NCBI GenBank assembly: GCA_000004695.1
Contig: CM000153.2
Span: 1,440,001 to 1,504,000, forward strand
Reading direction: 5' to 3'
DNA from: Dictyostelium discoideum
Lineage: Eukaryota
Length of the DNA stretch: 64,000 bases
Made by a program: the position numbers and the translations under genes. The notes beneath the pieces were generated by a model that was given only the letters and a program-made list of their open reading frames with translations, searched no databases and was not told where the DNA came from. Shown here piece after piece: positions 1 through 21,374 of the stretch. The number at the start of each line of letters is the position of its first letter. Within the stretch, counting starts at the first letter, position 1.

Positions 1-122
1 AATAAAAATAATAATAAAGGATAAAACCAATTATTTAAATTTAACTTTTAAAAGTTTTATAAATAATAATAAAAAAATTATTTATTAGTTAAAGTTTTTA
101 TATATAAATAAAAAAAGTTTAT

Positions 123-1356
123 TTATTTTAAATTTTTTATTTTTATTCTATAATAGTCTAATAATGGAAAAGATAATCTACCACCATCTCTGCTATTATT
201 TAAATTACTACATGGTTCAGTTACTAACTTTTTAATGGATGGAGGTTCTAAAGTTTTAACAAATGGTATGAATTCGGTTTTAATAGGATGACAATAAATT
301 TCATTTAAAATTAAGGTATCAACAGTTAATGGAATTGAGCCTTGTAAGAAAGGACGGTTATAACCTTTACCAAATTTTAAAAATACAACAGACTCTGGAA
401 TACAACCAGGCGTTATTGTTTGATTGAATGAATCACCAAATGTTAACGATTCAACTGTCAATGGAATATCACCGGGTGATAGAGGTTGATTGAATGAGTC
501 ACCAAATACCAATTCCTTTACAGATCTTGGAATTGTACCAAACTCTAATAGATGATCATATGAACAACCGAAATGAAGTATCTTTACTGAAGAAGGTATT
601 GATCCCTCTTGAAGGGGCTGATTTAAATTTCTACCAAATTTTAAAACATTTACTGAATTTGGAATACAACCAGGCTTTAAAGGTTGATTGAATGAATTTG
701 AAAAATAAAGTTCTTCTACACTATCAGGTATTGAACCTGGTATTATTGGTGCTGCATATCCATTAACTAATAAATGACCCATATCCAATATCTTTATTGA
801 TTGTGGTAAAATTCCAGGTTTTAAATATTTATTAAATGATGACCCCAACACTAACTTTTCAACACCCTCTGGTATTGATCCTGGTTCTAATGCCTTATCA
901 AATGAATCACCAAATTTAATATATCTAACACTATTTGGAATTAAACCTGGTGGTATTGTTAAATTAAATCCTTTATCCATTAATAATGTTGTAACAGTAG
1001 TTGGTATTTCTGGTAATTTTTCTTCATTTGATTCTGATGATGATGATGATAATGATGATGATGATGATTGATTTGATATTGTATTTGTTGTTGTTGTTGT
1101 TGAAGTAGTAGTAGTAGTAGTAGTTGCTGTTGTTGTTGTGGTTACAATGGTTGTTGATAATTTTGGTGTTGTAATTGTTAATGATTTTACTGCACTTGTT
1201 AAAGTTGTTGTAGTAATATTTGGTGTTGATAACATTTCTAACATACTATTTGTAGATTGACTCAATGAAGGAGTTGATGATGCAGTCGAAGTTGGTGATA
1301 GTGGAGCTGTTGGTGTTGTTGATGCATTTGATGCTAAAACACCATCATCATCATCA

Positions 1357-1400
<44 letters not shown>

Positions 1401-2348
1401 GTTATTATTATTATTATTACAATTTGTTTGATTTTCTTGTTTAAATTTATTATTTTCATTTTCATTTTCTTTTTTTAATTCTTTTTCTTTTTCTTTTTCT
1501 TTTTCAATTGATTGTTTTATTGAAATTGGTCTTGGTGATGGTATAAATTGTTGTGATAATAAAGATGGAGTTGGAGTTGGAGTAGAGGTTGGTGTTGGTG
1601 GAGTTGGTGGTGGAACGTAAATACTATAAATGATATATTCTCTTGGTGAAATCATTTTTAAACACATTTTATTATCACAATTTACACTATTTGATATATA
1701 ACTATAAAGATTTGTACCACTACTAAATATATTTGTTCTGGCAGATAATTGACTTCTACTAGTTGATATTGTACTATTACAAGTACTATTGGTTGCACTA
1801 TTACTTAAACTACTATTTATAAAATTTGTATCAATTAAATTTAAAGAGATTGTTCTTTTTTGTGATGATAATCTATACTTTGTATCAATTATTGTTTTCT
1901 TTGTACATGAACCACTATTATGCCATGCGTCATTCCAACTATTTGATCTATCAGAATGTTGTTGTTGTTGTATTTGTAGTAGTTGTTGTTGTTGGTCATC
2001 ACAATTACCAACTGTAACAACACCACCTTCAGTTGTTGAAGTGGTAGTGGTTTGTAATTGATCAATATTTAATAAAACTTGTTGTTGTCTTTTCTTTTCT
2101 TCAATTAATCTCTCTTTTGCTTCAAATAGTAATCTTTTTTTTAAGATTTTAAAATGTTTTCTTTTTTCAAAACTATCATTCTTTATAAATCCATTTTTCC
2201 AATTTAAAAAATTATTATTATTTATTTCAATATTATTATTATTATTTTTTTTATTAATATTATTATTATTGTTTGAATTACTATTATTATCTGTTCCCTC
2301 TTTAAAAACGTTATAATTTATATGAATTATACCATTATTTATTTCCAT
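123..2348 (-). CDS. FNIP-repeat protein (Dictyostelium-type FNIP repeats)
   Basis: A 741-aa ORF on the minus strand. The C-terminal half holds about 12 tandem units of roughly 22 aa (FGDSFNQPLSPGDIP.SV..L.FG / FNQ..KPGxIPxSV), the FNIP repeat characteristic of Dictyostelium. The N-terminal half is low complexity (poly-N, poly-T, PTPPTPT, an EKEKEK run, poly-Q). ATG at 2348-2346. Single exon. Confidence 0.8.
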
Positions 2349-4066
2349 TGCTTTTTTTAAATTATAATGAAAAAAAAAAAAAAAAAAAGAAATAATAATA
2401 ATTATAAATATTACAGAATTAAAATTTTTATTTTTTTATTTTGTTTTTTTTTTTTTTTTTTTTTTTTTTTCTCCAATTATTTATTATTATTATTATTTTT
2501 TTTTTTTTTTTTTGTTATAATTTATTTCTATTTTAAATAATATGAAATATTTTTATTTTTATTTTTATTTTTTTTTTATTTTTTTTTTTTATTTTTATTT
2601 TTTTATTTTTAAAAAAAATAAAAGATTTAAAGTTTAAATGTTTAAAAATGTGAGGTATTACTGTTTGAGTTGGCGCTTTTTGTTGTATAAATTTTTATGC
2701 TATTGGTTTTATTTAAAATATTTATTTTATAAATTTATATTATATAATCAACAGATTGCGATGATATCATAAAATAATATCATTTAAAAAAAAAAGATGG
2801 AATAAAAAAAAAAAAAAAAAAAAAAAATATTATTTTTTAAAAAAATTATTTAATTATTTAATTAATTAATTAATTAATTTAATTAATTAATTTAATTAAT
2901 TAAAAATAAAAATAAAAATAAATATTTTAAATTGAATAAACAAAAAAAAAAAATTTAAAAAAAAAAAGGAAAAAAAAAATTTTTTTTAAAAATAAATTTG
3001 TTTTTGGGTTGGGTTTTTTTTTTTTTTATTTTATTTTTATTTTTTTATTTTATTTAATTTTTTTTGGTTAATTGTGTGTGTGTGTGTGTGTGCGTGTGTT
3101 TTTTTGTGGGTTTGTACATTATTATTATTCTTCACATAATAAAAATAAAAAATAAAAAGTAAAAATAATAATAAAAATAATAATACTAATTTTTTTTTTT
3201 TTTTTTTTTTAATATGTATTTTAATGCCAATGAAATCTAAAAACACTCAACTAGCTAATTACATACCAAATTTGTAACATGTTTTTCGATAATGATGATG
3301 ATTCTTGGGAAATTGAAGAGATATCTTATTATTAAATTACCCCAAAGATATACCAACACAACACATTTAAAAAAAAAAAATAATAAAAAAAAAAAAAATA
3401 TTAAAAAAAATAAAAATAAAAAATAAAAAAAGGATTAAAATTGTTTTTTTTTTTTCTTTTTTATTTATTTATTTAATTATTTTTTTTTTTTTTTGAATTA
3501 ATTTTGATTATTTTTTTTTTTTATTTCCTTTATTTAATTCCACTAAATGACTTATTTTTGATTTAACAAAAAAAAAAAAGATTTTAGTGAGATTTTGTGG
3601 ATCAAAAAAATTTTTGTTTTTTTTTTACACACTATTTTTTTATTATTTTTTTTTTTATTTGATTGTGTTTGATTATAATTTATCTGTTTGGATAATAATT
3701 TAATTCTCCTAGATATTTTAAATAAGCTCCTCTTGTCTACCAAAAAAAAAAAATAAAAAAATAAAAAAAAAAATTAATAAAAAATAAAAATAAAAAAAAA
3801 AATAATAAAAAATAAAAATAAAAATAAAAAAAATAAAAAATTAAAACAAATAAAAATAAAAAAGTAAAAATAAATAAACAATAAATAAAAATAATAAAAT
3901 AAAGATCACCATTTAAAATAAAAAAAAATTAAAATTTTACATAAATTAAGGTTTTTTTTTTTTATTTTATTTTATTTTTTCTTTTAATAAATTATTATTA
4001 TCATTATTTATTTATTATTAAGATTATCATTATTATTATTTATTATTATTATTATCATCATTATTA

Positions 4067-4123
<57 letters not shown>

Positions 4124-4128
4124 TTTTT

Positions 4129-4212
<84 letters not shown>

Positions 4213-4240
4213 TTATTTATATACTTATTGTTTTTAAAAT

Positions 4241-6775
<2,535 letters not shown>

Positions 6776-6957
6776 AACTTTATGATATTGTATTTATTCG
6801 TTTTTTATTTTTTATTATTACTATTATTTATTTGACCTTCTCTCTCTCTCACTCTCTCTTTCTTTCCTCTCTCTCTTTTTTTTTATTTTTTTATCTATCG
6901 TTTTATTTAATTCTCCAGTGTGTGTGTGAGTGTGTTAAAATAATTTGGAATAAAGAA

Positions 6958-7006
<49 letters not shown>

Positions 7007-7139
7007 ATTAATAATAAATTAAATAAAAATAAAATAAATTAAATAAAAAGCGTAAGTAAAAAAAAATATGTTGTTTTGTTTGTTAAGTGATGCAAAAAAA
7101 AAAAAAAAAAAAATATGTATAGTGTCTGTTGAGTGACAC

Positions 7140-7172
<33 letters not shown>

Positions 7173-7406
7173 AAAAAAAAAAAATAAAAAAAATAAAAAA
7201 AATAAAAAAAATAAAAAAAATAAAAAAAAAAAAAATAAAAAAAAAAAAAATAAAATTTTTAAATTTTTTTTTTTTTTTTTGGGGAAAAATACCCAACGTC
7301 GTTGCTAACCCAATCACAATTTTAAAATAATTTTGTGTGGAAATAATAAAAGGAAAAAAAAAATCTGAAATAATTTAAATTTTTTTTTAATAAAAAATAA
7401 AAAATA

Positions 7407-7443
<37 letters not shown>

Positions 7444-7495
7444 TATATTTTTTTTTACAAATATAAATAATTATTATTGAATTATTTATTTATTT

Positions 7496-8281
7496 TTAAT
7501 TTTCTTCATCATCATCATCACCATCATCTGGGTCATCAAATCTATTGAGATCATTTGGGTCAAAAGCTAATTGTTGATCATTATCGCCATCACCATAATA
7601 AAAATCACCTTCTTCGTCATCTTCTGAATCTGGATTTAATAATGCACCTTTACAAAGTGCATCATAAATTGAATGAACTTTTTAAATGGGAAAATATTAA
7701 TATAAATACTAATGTCTATGTGTGTATGTGTGTATATGTGTATATGTGTATTTGTGTATGTGTATATGTGTATATGTGTATAAAATAAATACTTTTTGAA
7801 TCATCTGAAGGAATAAATCTAATTTCGGTATAAACATCATCATCTACATCACCACTATTTTCTTCATCTTCGTCTTGATCTTCTTCGTCTTTGATTTTAT
7901 CAGAATTTTCATTATTTTCAGCAACTGTAACTATTTCATCAACTTGACAATAAACTGATGATGGGAATTCATCGGTTTTACTAAATACTGCATTTAAACC
8001 AATTGAATAGAAATTAAATGTATATTTGGTTATATTATTTTTTGAAATCCAATGTACATTTCTATATGAATTCACATTTTTATAAAATATATTATTAGTA
8101 ATGGTTTTAAAAAAAAAAAAATAAAAAAAAAATAAAAAATTAATAATAATAAATATTACTTATTTGTAACATAAATGTGACCTTCACCTAAACTTTGAGA
8201 CCCAATATATAGTGTTGTATTATCTAAATCAAAAAAAACTTCTTCATCTTCAGTTTTTAATAAATCTTTAATTTCTACCAT
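7496..8281 (-). CDS. Methylosome subunit pICln (CLNS1A homolog), 3 exons, 190 aa
   Basis: Exons are 8281..8160 (MVEIKDLLKTEDEEVFFDLDNTTLYIGSQSLGEGHIYVTN), 8061..7793 and 7677..7496. Donors are GTAATA and GTATTT. The second intron (7792..7678) is a TG/TA dinucleotide-rich block. Exon lengths of 122, 269 and 182 nt keep the frame. The spliced product matches pICln signatures: TLYIGSQSL vs human TLYIAESRL; TEIRFIPSDDSK.IHSIYDALCKGALLNPDSEDDE vs ITEFRFVPSDKSALEAMFTAMCECQALHPDPEDED; acidic C-terminus. Confidence 0.75.
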
Positions 8282-9022
8282 TGTTGTTATTTTGTGTGTG
8301 TTGAAATTTGGGGATAAATAATGAAAAAAATAAAAAAAATAAAAAATTTATAAAATTCATATATTTTAAAAAAACATCCAAAATTGACAATAAAAAAAAA
8401 AAAAAAACATATTTTATTTAATTCTATTTATTTTTAATATGGATTTAGTATTGATAAATACAGTAATCAAAAATACACAAAATAATTTATAAAATATAAA
8501 AAAAATGAATGGAATTATTCTGTTTTTTGAATTTTTTTTTTTTTTTTTTTTTTATTATCCATTGTTTCTAATTGTTTTTTTTTTTAAAAAGTTTTATAAA
8601 TTTCTTATTTTTATTTATTTCAAAATAATTTTAATGAGTGATGATGAAATAAAATAATTTAAATAAAATATAAATATATAACAAAATATAAATGGTTAAT
8701 ACCTTTTTTTTTTTTTTTTTTAATTTTTAAATCAAAGTCACAATTTGTATTTAAAAAATGATTTTTTACTATTAAAAACTTTCAAAATAAAAAGATCTTG
8801 GGTTATTTGATCCAAAAACAAAATTCACATTAAAAAATAAAAACAAAAATAATGAAATTAAAATTACATATGTTTAATATTTTAAAGAAATTAAAAAATA
8901 CTTTTTTTTTATTATAATATATTTTTTAAATTATATTATTTGTTCGAATTGTAATTTTACTTTAACTCCAAAAAAAAAAAAAAAAAAAAAAAAAAATAGT
9001 GTTTTCTGGAATTAATAATATC

Positions 9023-9063
<41 letters not shown>

Positions 9064-9088
9064 TTTTTTTTTTTAAAAAAAAAAAGGT

Positions 9089-9947
9089 TTAATAATTATT
9101 ATTATTATTATTATTATTTATTAATGAAGGATATTGATTTGTTGAAATTGGGTAAAGAATTGGAGAATTATTATTATTACTATTATTGTTATTATTATAA
9201 GATTTTAATTTACTTAAACCTATAATTGAAGATCTATGATTAATTTGAGAACCTGATGAAGATGGTCCAGACCCGGATGAACCAATGAAAATTGGAGATG
9301 GAAAACCCATTGATTTTGGTGTTGATGGTGATGAAGTTGATGGTGATGAAGTTGATGAAGATGATGGAGATGATGAATTACCACCACCTAAATTATTTGT
9401 AATTGAATATAATGATGGTAACTTATTTCCACCCGATGACGATGATGCAGTAGAAGACTCATGATGATAATGATTGTTACTATTATTATTAATATTATTA
9501 TGATGATGGTGGTGATGATTTGAAGATAAAATTAAACTTTCAGTTGGTATTATCATATGATGGCCAGCATTAATAGTTGGTGATTCCATTCCCAAATAAT
9601 TTGATGGATGATAAGATGATGATCTTACTCTAGTTAAATAGATTGGTTGAGAATTTACATTTGGTGATGAAAAACTTAAATTTGAAAAATTATTATTTAA
9701 ATGATTACTATTACTCTCCTCTACACTATTAATTTTACATTTTTCTTCATCTTCTTCATCATTTACTATATTATTTATATTATTATTATTATTATTTATA
9801 TTATTTATATTATTTATATTATTATTATTAAATTTAAAATGATTTATTTTATTTATCCCAATTAAAATTTCTCTTTCTCTATCTTTTTTTATTAATGATT
9901 CTAAAACTGGTGTTGGTGATTGTTGTTGTTGATCTAATAGATTGGTT

Positions 9948-10024
<77 letters not shown>

Positions 10025-10555
10025 TTTATTTTGTGATACATTAATAATATCTTTTGTATTAATTAATGTTGAAGCAATTGTTGGTGATGAATTTGTTGAA
10101 TTTAGTAATAAAGGTGATGATTCTGATTTATGGTTATTGATTATTAATTGTACAGGGGTGGTTGATGTAGTGGTGGTAGTGGTAGTATTAGGAGTGGTAG
10201 GTGATGATGATAATGATGATGATGATGAATTTGAACGTGAATGTGATTTTATATTATTATTATTTATATCTTCAAATTTTGTTCTTAAAAATTCATTTTC
10301 CATTCTCAATGATCTTAAACTTTTCTCTAAAAATTCTAAACGTGATTTGGTTTCAAAAGTGGTTGAGGAAATTTTATTATATTGAACGTGTAATTCTTGG
10401 GTTGAGTGTGTTAATTCTTGTGCTTTTGATTCTAAATTTGCAATATATTCTTTCTTTCTTGATCTTGATAAGGCTGCAGATTGCCTATTCTTTAATAATC
10501 TTACTTGTCTCTTTTTAACTTTTTCTTCAGAATCAACTTTCATTTTTCCAACCTA

Positions 10556-10587
<32 letters not shown>

Positions 10588-10807
10588 AAATAAAAAAAAA
10601 TAAATGAGTAAAAAATAAATAGATTGTGATATAGATATATTTTTTAAAAAAAATAAAAAAATAAAAAAAAATACTTACTGAAAATTGTGGTGATTGATTG
10701 GCACTGCTATTATTACTACTATTACTATTATTGATACTATTACCTCCTCCATAGTCAGATTCTGGTGACATTGGCTCACTGCTTTGTGGTGATGATGGAC
10801 TGTACAT
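9089..10807 (-). CDS. bZIP transcription factor, 2 exons
   Basis: Exon 1 is 10807..10679 (MYSPSSPQSSEPMSPESDYGG...NQSPQFS) with a GTAAGT donor. Exon 2 is 10552..9089 (acceptor aaaaaatag). It begins VGKMKVDSEEKVKKRQVRLLKNRQSAALSRSRKKEY (a basic region) followed by a heptad leucine zipper (LESKAQELTHSTQELHVQ...). The rest is poly-N, His-rich and Ser-rich. Which bzp paralogue this is cannot be told from sequence alone. Confidence 0.8.
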
Positions 10808-11077
10808 TTTTTTTATTTTTTATCTTTTTTTTTTTTAAAAAGTGTTATAATAATATTTCTTTTTCTAAAAATTAAAGATTTTGTAAGGTTAATAAATTGA
10901 GTGCAAGGTAAGGAAAAAAAAAAAAATAAAAAAAGTAAAAAAAAAATTAAAAAATTTAAAAAAAAAAAAAAAATTTTAAAAAAAAAAAAAAAATAATAAA
11001 AAAAGATATTGATGCGGTGGCGTTGACGTGATTAAAAAAAAAATTTTAGAAGTGGGAAGAAAATTAAAAATAAAAAC

Positions 11078-11112
<35 letters not shown>

Positions 11113-11983
11113 AAAAAAACGTGTATGGTTTGATAAAGTGGGTGAAACTTCTTTTTTTTTTTTTGATGATGTGCTGTTGAAATCAAAAAAGATTTTTTTT
11201 CTTATTTTTTTTTAATTTATTTATTATTTTTTTATGATTTGGAATGTGATATTTTTAAAATACTTTGAAAAGATTAAAAAAAATTGGTGGAAATTTATTT
11301 TCTAAAAAAAAGAGTGAATGGGAAATCCCCAGTGAAAATGATGACGAAACTTTTTTTTTTTTATTTTTTTTTTTTTAAAAAAATCTTTTTTTTTTTTTTT
11401 TTTTTTGGAAATCATACAAACAATTTCTTTATCTTTTTTTTTTTTTTATTATTCTATGTGTTCTTTTTTTTTTTTTTGAATATTTTTTTAAAATTTAGAA
11501 ACCCCGAAAGAAAAAAAAAGAAAAAAAAAAAAAAAGATAATTATATTAAAAAGATGTGATGATGATGTAGTGGGAAAAAAAAAAAAAAAAAACCCCCAAA
11601 AAAAAAAAAAAAGAAAAATAAAAATCCGTTTTTTGAGCCGGAATTAAAAAAAAATAAAAAAAAAAACAAATTAAAATAATATTTTCGTGATAACCCAAAC
11701 ATTATTGAAAGGCCAAAAGATTTCGAGAAGATGAAAAATAAAAAATATTTTTGGGTTAACTATAGCCACTTTACATTCTGGCTTGCGACATAATGTGATT
11801 GTGTTTTCAGTGGTTGATGATGATGAATTTGTATATAAAAATGTTAAGGTGGACAACAGATTAAAGGGTAAATTTTAATTGAAAAAAAAAATAATAAAAA
11901 AAAAAGTATCATGACTACTACAAAAGTAGAAGATATTGACAACAAAAAAAATGTCAAAACAATTATAATAAAATTAAGGTTTG

Positions 11984-12018
<35 letters not shown>

Positions 12019-12081
12019 CATATTATTTTTTACTGTCACTATAGATATTTTTGATAATAATAAAAAAAAAAAATGAATAAA

Positions 12082-12113
<32 letters not shown>

Positions 12114-12226
12114 AAAGAAAAAAAAAAATGTATAACAGTTTGAAAACAAATTAATATACCAACAGTTTTATTTTATTTATTTATTTATTTTATTTATTAT
12201 TATTATTTTTTTTTTTTTTTTAATTG

Positions 12227-12278
<52 letters not shown>

Positions 12279-13178
12279 AATTGTGTTTTGATTAATAAAA
12301 TTTAAAATTAGAATAATAAGGTGAAGAGAAAAAAAAAAAAAAATTTAATAAATAAAAAAAAAAAAAAATAAAGATAAAAAAAAAAAATAAAAAAAAATAA
12401 ATAATAAAATAAAATAAAATTAAAATAAATGTAGTTTTTGGCTTATATAAGCCATATTTTTATTAATTAAAAAAAGAAATAACAACAATATGACATATCA
12501 TTATTATATTATGGTTGTTGATGATGAAATGTTGTTTTCTATTTTATTCATAACCAATGACCACTTTAGTGAATAAAAAAAAAAAAAAAAAGAAAAGGAA
12601 TATTAAAAAAACCATAAATGATGTCATGTCATAAAAAAAAAATATATATATATATATAAAAAACAAAAAAAAAACAAAAAAACAAAAAAAAAAATGAATG
12701 AATCTGGATTTTAAGATAAAATAAATAATAACAATAAATCTACGATGATAGAAACATTGATAATATCGAAAAATATTATTAATTTTAATTTTTTTTTGAA
12801 TAGAAAATAATTAATAATAATAAAAATAATATTAAAAAAAAAAAATAATAATTAATGAATAACAAACTTGCAATGATGTGGGGAGTTGTTGTTGTTGTTC
12901 CATCATGAATGTCGATTTTTTTTATGTGATGTGGGGGTTGGTGTTTGTGTTTGTGTGAGTTTCTTGTTTATTAATTTATTTTTTTTTATTTTTTATTTTT
13001 TGTATTTTATTTGTGAGCATAAGGTGTTGGGATTTAAATTATTACCAACCAACAAATTTTAAAATAACAAGTAACATTGCCATTTGAAAGTTTTTTTTTT
13101 TTTTTTTTTTTTTTTTTATTGTTTTATTTATTATTTTACCTTTTTTATATACAACTATTATTATATTCAAATTGAAAA

Positions 13179-13212
<34 letters not shown>

Positions 13213-13883
13213 TTAATGAAAAAAATAAAAAAAGATTTTTAAAAAATTAATATATAAATTGATGATGATAATGATGATAAAAAAAAAAAAAAAAAAAAAA
13301 AAGATATGATTATTAAAAATAATATAAAAAAAAAAAAAAAAAATAAAATAAAAAAAAAAAAAAAAAAATATGTTCACACACTAAATTTTAAAGATTTGTT
13401 GAAAAAAAAAAAATAAAAAAAAAAAATAAAAAAATAATTTTTATTTTACAAAAAATCTTTTAGGCGGCTCATTTGAGGGGTAAAGATACTAATGATAAAA
13501 AATTTCTTTTGAATTTTACGTGTCACCAAAATGGTATGAAAAGTTTCAAAAAAAAAAAAAAATAAAAAAATTAAAAAATAAAAAAATTAAAAAATAAAAA
13601 GTTTTAATAAAAAAAGCAACAAATATTTAAATTTCCCAAATACCTTTAACCAAAATATCTTTTTTTATCACACAATATTGTGTAATAAAAAGAAAATTTA
13701 ATATTGTTGATATATATTTTCTATTCTTATATGATGAAGATGATCACAACATAAAATAACCCCCCAATAAAGAAAATTTCTTTAGGGCTTTTCTTTTAAA
13801 ATAAAATTATCGGATTGTTATTTTTGTTTTATTTTTTTTTTTTTTTCTTTTTCTTTATTCTTTTTTTTTTTTATTTAAAAATA

Positions 13884-13939
<56 letters not shown>

Positions 13940-14365
13940 TTTTTTTTTTTTTTTTTTTTTCTCACCATAGAACTTAGTTTTTTACCCTTTTTTTAATTTT
14001 TTTAATTTTTTTTTTCTTTTCCTTTTTTTTTCTCCTACCTTTAATATTTTTTTTTTTTTAATTAAGAAACCCAATTTGAATTTAATGGGAAAAAAAAAAA
14101 AAAAAAAAATTTAAAAAAGCCCCCAAAGTATTTATACAAAAATAAACCCTAGTGATATCATTTGATTTTATTCTTTACCCTCATAAACAATTTTTTTTTT
14201 TTATTTTTTTTTTTTTTAATATTACACATCCATGTGCATTTACTTCATTTATATTTGTGGGTGGACATATTTCTTTGTGTGTAACATTTTTTTTTTCTAA
14301 TATTTTGGGATTAATATGTGTGTGTATGCACATCTCTTTTTGTGTGTGAGTGGGGTATGTTGTTG

Positions 14366-14396
<31 letters not shown>

Positions 14397-14707
14397 ATTA
14401 TTATTTCTAAATTAAATTAATAAAAATAAAAATATAAATAAAAAAAAAATAAAAAAATAGATTTGAAAAAAAATTAAACTACATCACATATTTGGTGCAA
14501 TTTTTTTTTTTTTTTTTATTTCCAAAAAAAAAAAAAAAGATTTATTTTTTAATCATCCTTTATTTTTGTGTTTTGATATATCTGTTTATTTTGGAATAAA
14601 AATTTCAAATATTTTAATTTAATTTTGATGATGCTATAAATAATTTATTGAAAATGTTTATAATTTTTTTTTTTTTTTATTTCTTTTTTTTTATTTATTT
14701 ATTTATT

Positions 14708-14744
<37 letters not shown>

Positions 14745-15226
14745 AAGGTTACTGAAAAATGCAATTTTGAATTTTTAAAATTAATAGATATATGTTGTAT
14801 ATGTTAACATTTTGTGCGGTGTTCGTTGGTTTTGATTTGACCTTTGATTTTTTTTACTTGAGAGGCAACAACACTCTTTTTATAACTCAATTGCTAAAAT
14901 GGGCCATGTGGATTTATTTTGTTTTTTATTATTATTTTTATTATTTATTTTAAATTTGATCTATTTACTTGATAATATTGTCAGATTTATATTCATTTCC
15001 CAAAAATTTATTTTTAATTTTTAATTATATTTAAAAAATTTTATAAATAGATGTTGAAATAATTTTTTAATTTTTTAAATTTTTTATTTTTTATTTTTTT
15101 TTTTACTATTTTGGAATGTTATATAAAATATTTTTTTTATTTTTTATTTTTTTGTTTTTTTTTATTTTATGAATTTTTTTATTTTTTGAATTTTTTTATT
15201 TTTTTTTTATTTTAAATTTAAAATAA

Positions 15227-18222
<2,996 letters not shown>

Positions 18223-18433
18223 ATTTCAAAAAAAAAAAAAAAAAAAAAATATTTCCCTCCTTTTTTTTTTTCCCCAACTTTTTTTTTTTTTTTTTTTTTA
18301 TTTTCATTTTATTTTTTCATCGTCGTGCTATATACAAACATTTAAAATAAATTAAATAAATAAAATAAAATAAATTAAACAAATAAAAAATAAAAATAAA
18401 AATAAAAATAAAAATAAAAATAAAAATTAAAAT

Positions 18434-19279
<846 letters not shown>

Positions 19280-19717
19280 TTAATTGAAATAAATAAAATT
19301 TTTGTAAATTTTGTAACATAGAAAAACAATACAAATATAAATTTATTTATTTTTATTATTTTATTTTATTTTTTATTTTTTTTTTTCCTAATCAATTTAT
19401 GCAATCTGCAAATAAAAAGAGTTTATTGTTGTTTTTGTTTTTTTTTTTTTTTTTTATTTATTTTTAGTTTGCTTATATAAAAAAATAAATTAAATGACTT
19501 TTATACTATCCGAACATTTGATAATACACTTTAATAAAAATATACAATTTTTGGTTTGGTTTGTTTTTGGTTTGTTTTTGTTTTGTTTTGTTTTAAATCT
19601 GGAAACAATTAAATAAATACTAATAAAACATTTAATGAAGATGTTTTTTTAACTCTGTTTTTTAAATTTTTTTTTTTTTTTTTTTAAATCTGTTTTGTTT
19701 GTGGTTTTTTTTTTCTT

Positions 19718-20523
19718 TTAAAAATTTGAAAAGAATTCATTCTTTCTTCTTTCAAGTAAATCTGGTTTAATGAAATTAGCACTAATACGATCTTCTTCAT
19801 CTCTTTCATCCATTAGATGATGTTTTAAAGGTCTAATTCTTGGTTTTAAAGGTGCTGATTCTCTATTTTGAATACTATTCCAATTGATAGCACCAAAGAA
19901 TGGATGATTTTTAATATCTTCGATACCACCCTCTAAACTACCCAATCTTTTCTCGACGTCAGTAACCACCAATTTCTCAATTAGATCACGTGCAACCTGA
20001 TCAACTTCTGGTGGAACTTGAATTCTAGCTTCTCTAATTAGCCTAAAGATATCATTTTGAGAACCTTCACTAACGAATGGTGGTACACCCACCAACATTT
20101 CATAAATTAGAATACCCAAAGACCACCAATCTGCCGATTTACCATGACCATGACCACTAAGAATCTCTGGTGCAATATATTCTGGTGTACCACACATACT
20201 TTTGGTATTCTCTGTGATTCTTTTTGCAAATCCAAAATCTGTGAGCTTAATATGTCCATATTGATCGATTAATAGATTCTCTGGTTTTAAATCACGATAA
20301 ATGATATCTTGATTATGAAGATACTCTAATGCCAATACAATCTCAGCTGCATAAATTTGTGTAACATATAATGATAATGATCCATTTGCTCTAATATAAT
20401 CAAATAATTCACCACCTGGTATAAATTCTTGTAAAAAGTATAAATATCTATCATCTTTAAATGTTGAATATCTAAATAAAAGTATTTATAAAAGTTTTTA
20501 AAATTAATAATAAATTAATTAAT

Positions 20524-20591
<68 letters not shown>

Positions 20592-21295
20592 ATTATTATT
20601 ATTATTTTTTTTAATTGATTACTTACAATTTAACAATGAATGGATTATCAGTTAACATTAAAACTTGTTTTTCATTACAAACATGAACTTCTTGTCTGAG
20701 ACGAATAATTTTATTTTGATTTAAAATTTTCATACAAAATAATCTTTCCGAAGGAATATGTTGGCATAATCTAACCTTTGCAAATGAACCACTTCCTAAT
20801 AGATCAAATAGTTTAAAATCTGAAAGTTTACAAGAGTTAAAATTTATATAGGTACCTTGAATTTGTTGATTATTAATATTTTGTATGATAAATTGTGCTG
20901 AAATACGAGTAGATTGATTGTTTGTTTGTTGAGGAATCGTTAGTTTTTGTTGATAGAATGGATTTGGTGATGATTGATGGTTATGAATAGGTGCAATTGC
21001 TGATGCCATATATTGGTTTTCATGAACTGATGGTTGGTAATATGTTTTATTATTATAATTATTATTATTGTTATTATTATTAGTATTATTATTATTATTT
21101 ACAAGGTTATTTTGAGTATAGTGTTGTTGGTTATTATGTATCAATGATTGAATATTATTTGATTTGAATTGTGGAATTTGTGAAGATTGGGTGATATTTT
21201 GATTTTGTTGATATTGATTGTTTTGTTGTATATGTTGTTGGTATTGTTGCTGATGTTGTTGCGAGTGTTGCGTTTGTTGGTGCTTTTGCTGTTGA

Positions 21296-21374
<79 letters not shown>

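Noticed and set aside
2660-2685. Partial E2F-like word gttggcgcttttt about 320 bp upstream of the FNIP-repeat gene
   Set aside because: It matches only 7 of 8 consensus positions, has no partner site, and the adjacent gene has no obvious S-phase function. I kept only the perfect inverted pair at 63029-63090.
11640-11880. Possible C/D-box snoRNA (TGATGATGATGA at about 11815 near a mixed-composition island)
   Set aside because: No correctly placed D box (CTGA) or terminal stem could be found on the same strand. The TGATGA words are explained as a (TGA)n mini-repeat.
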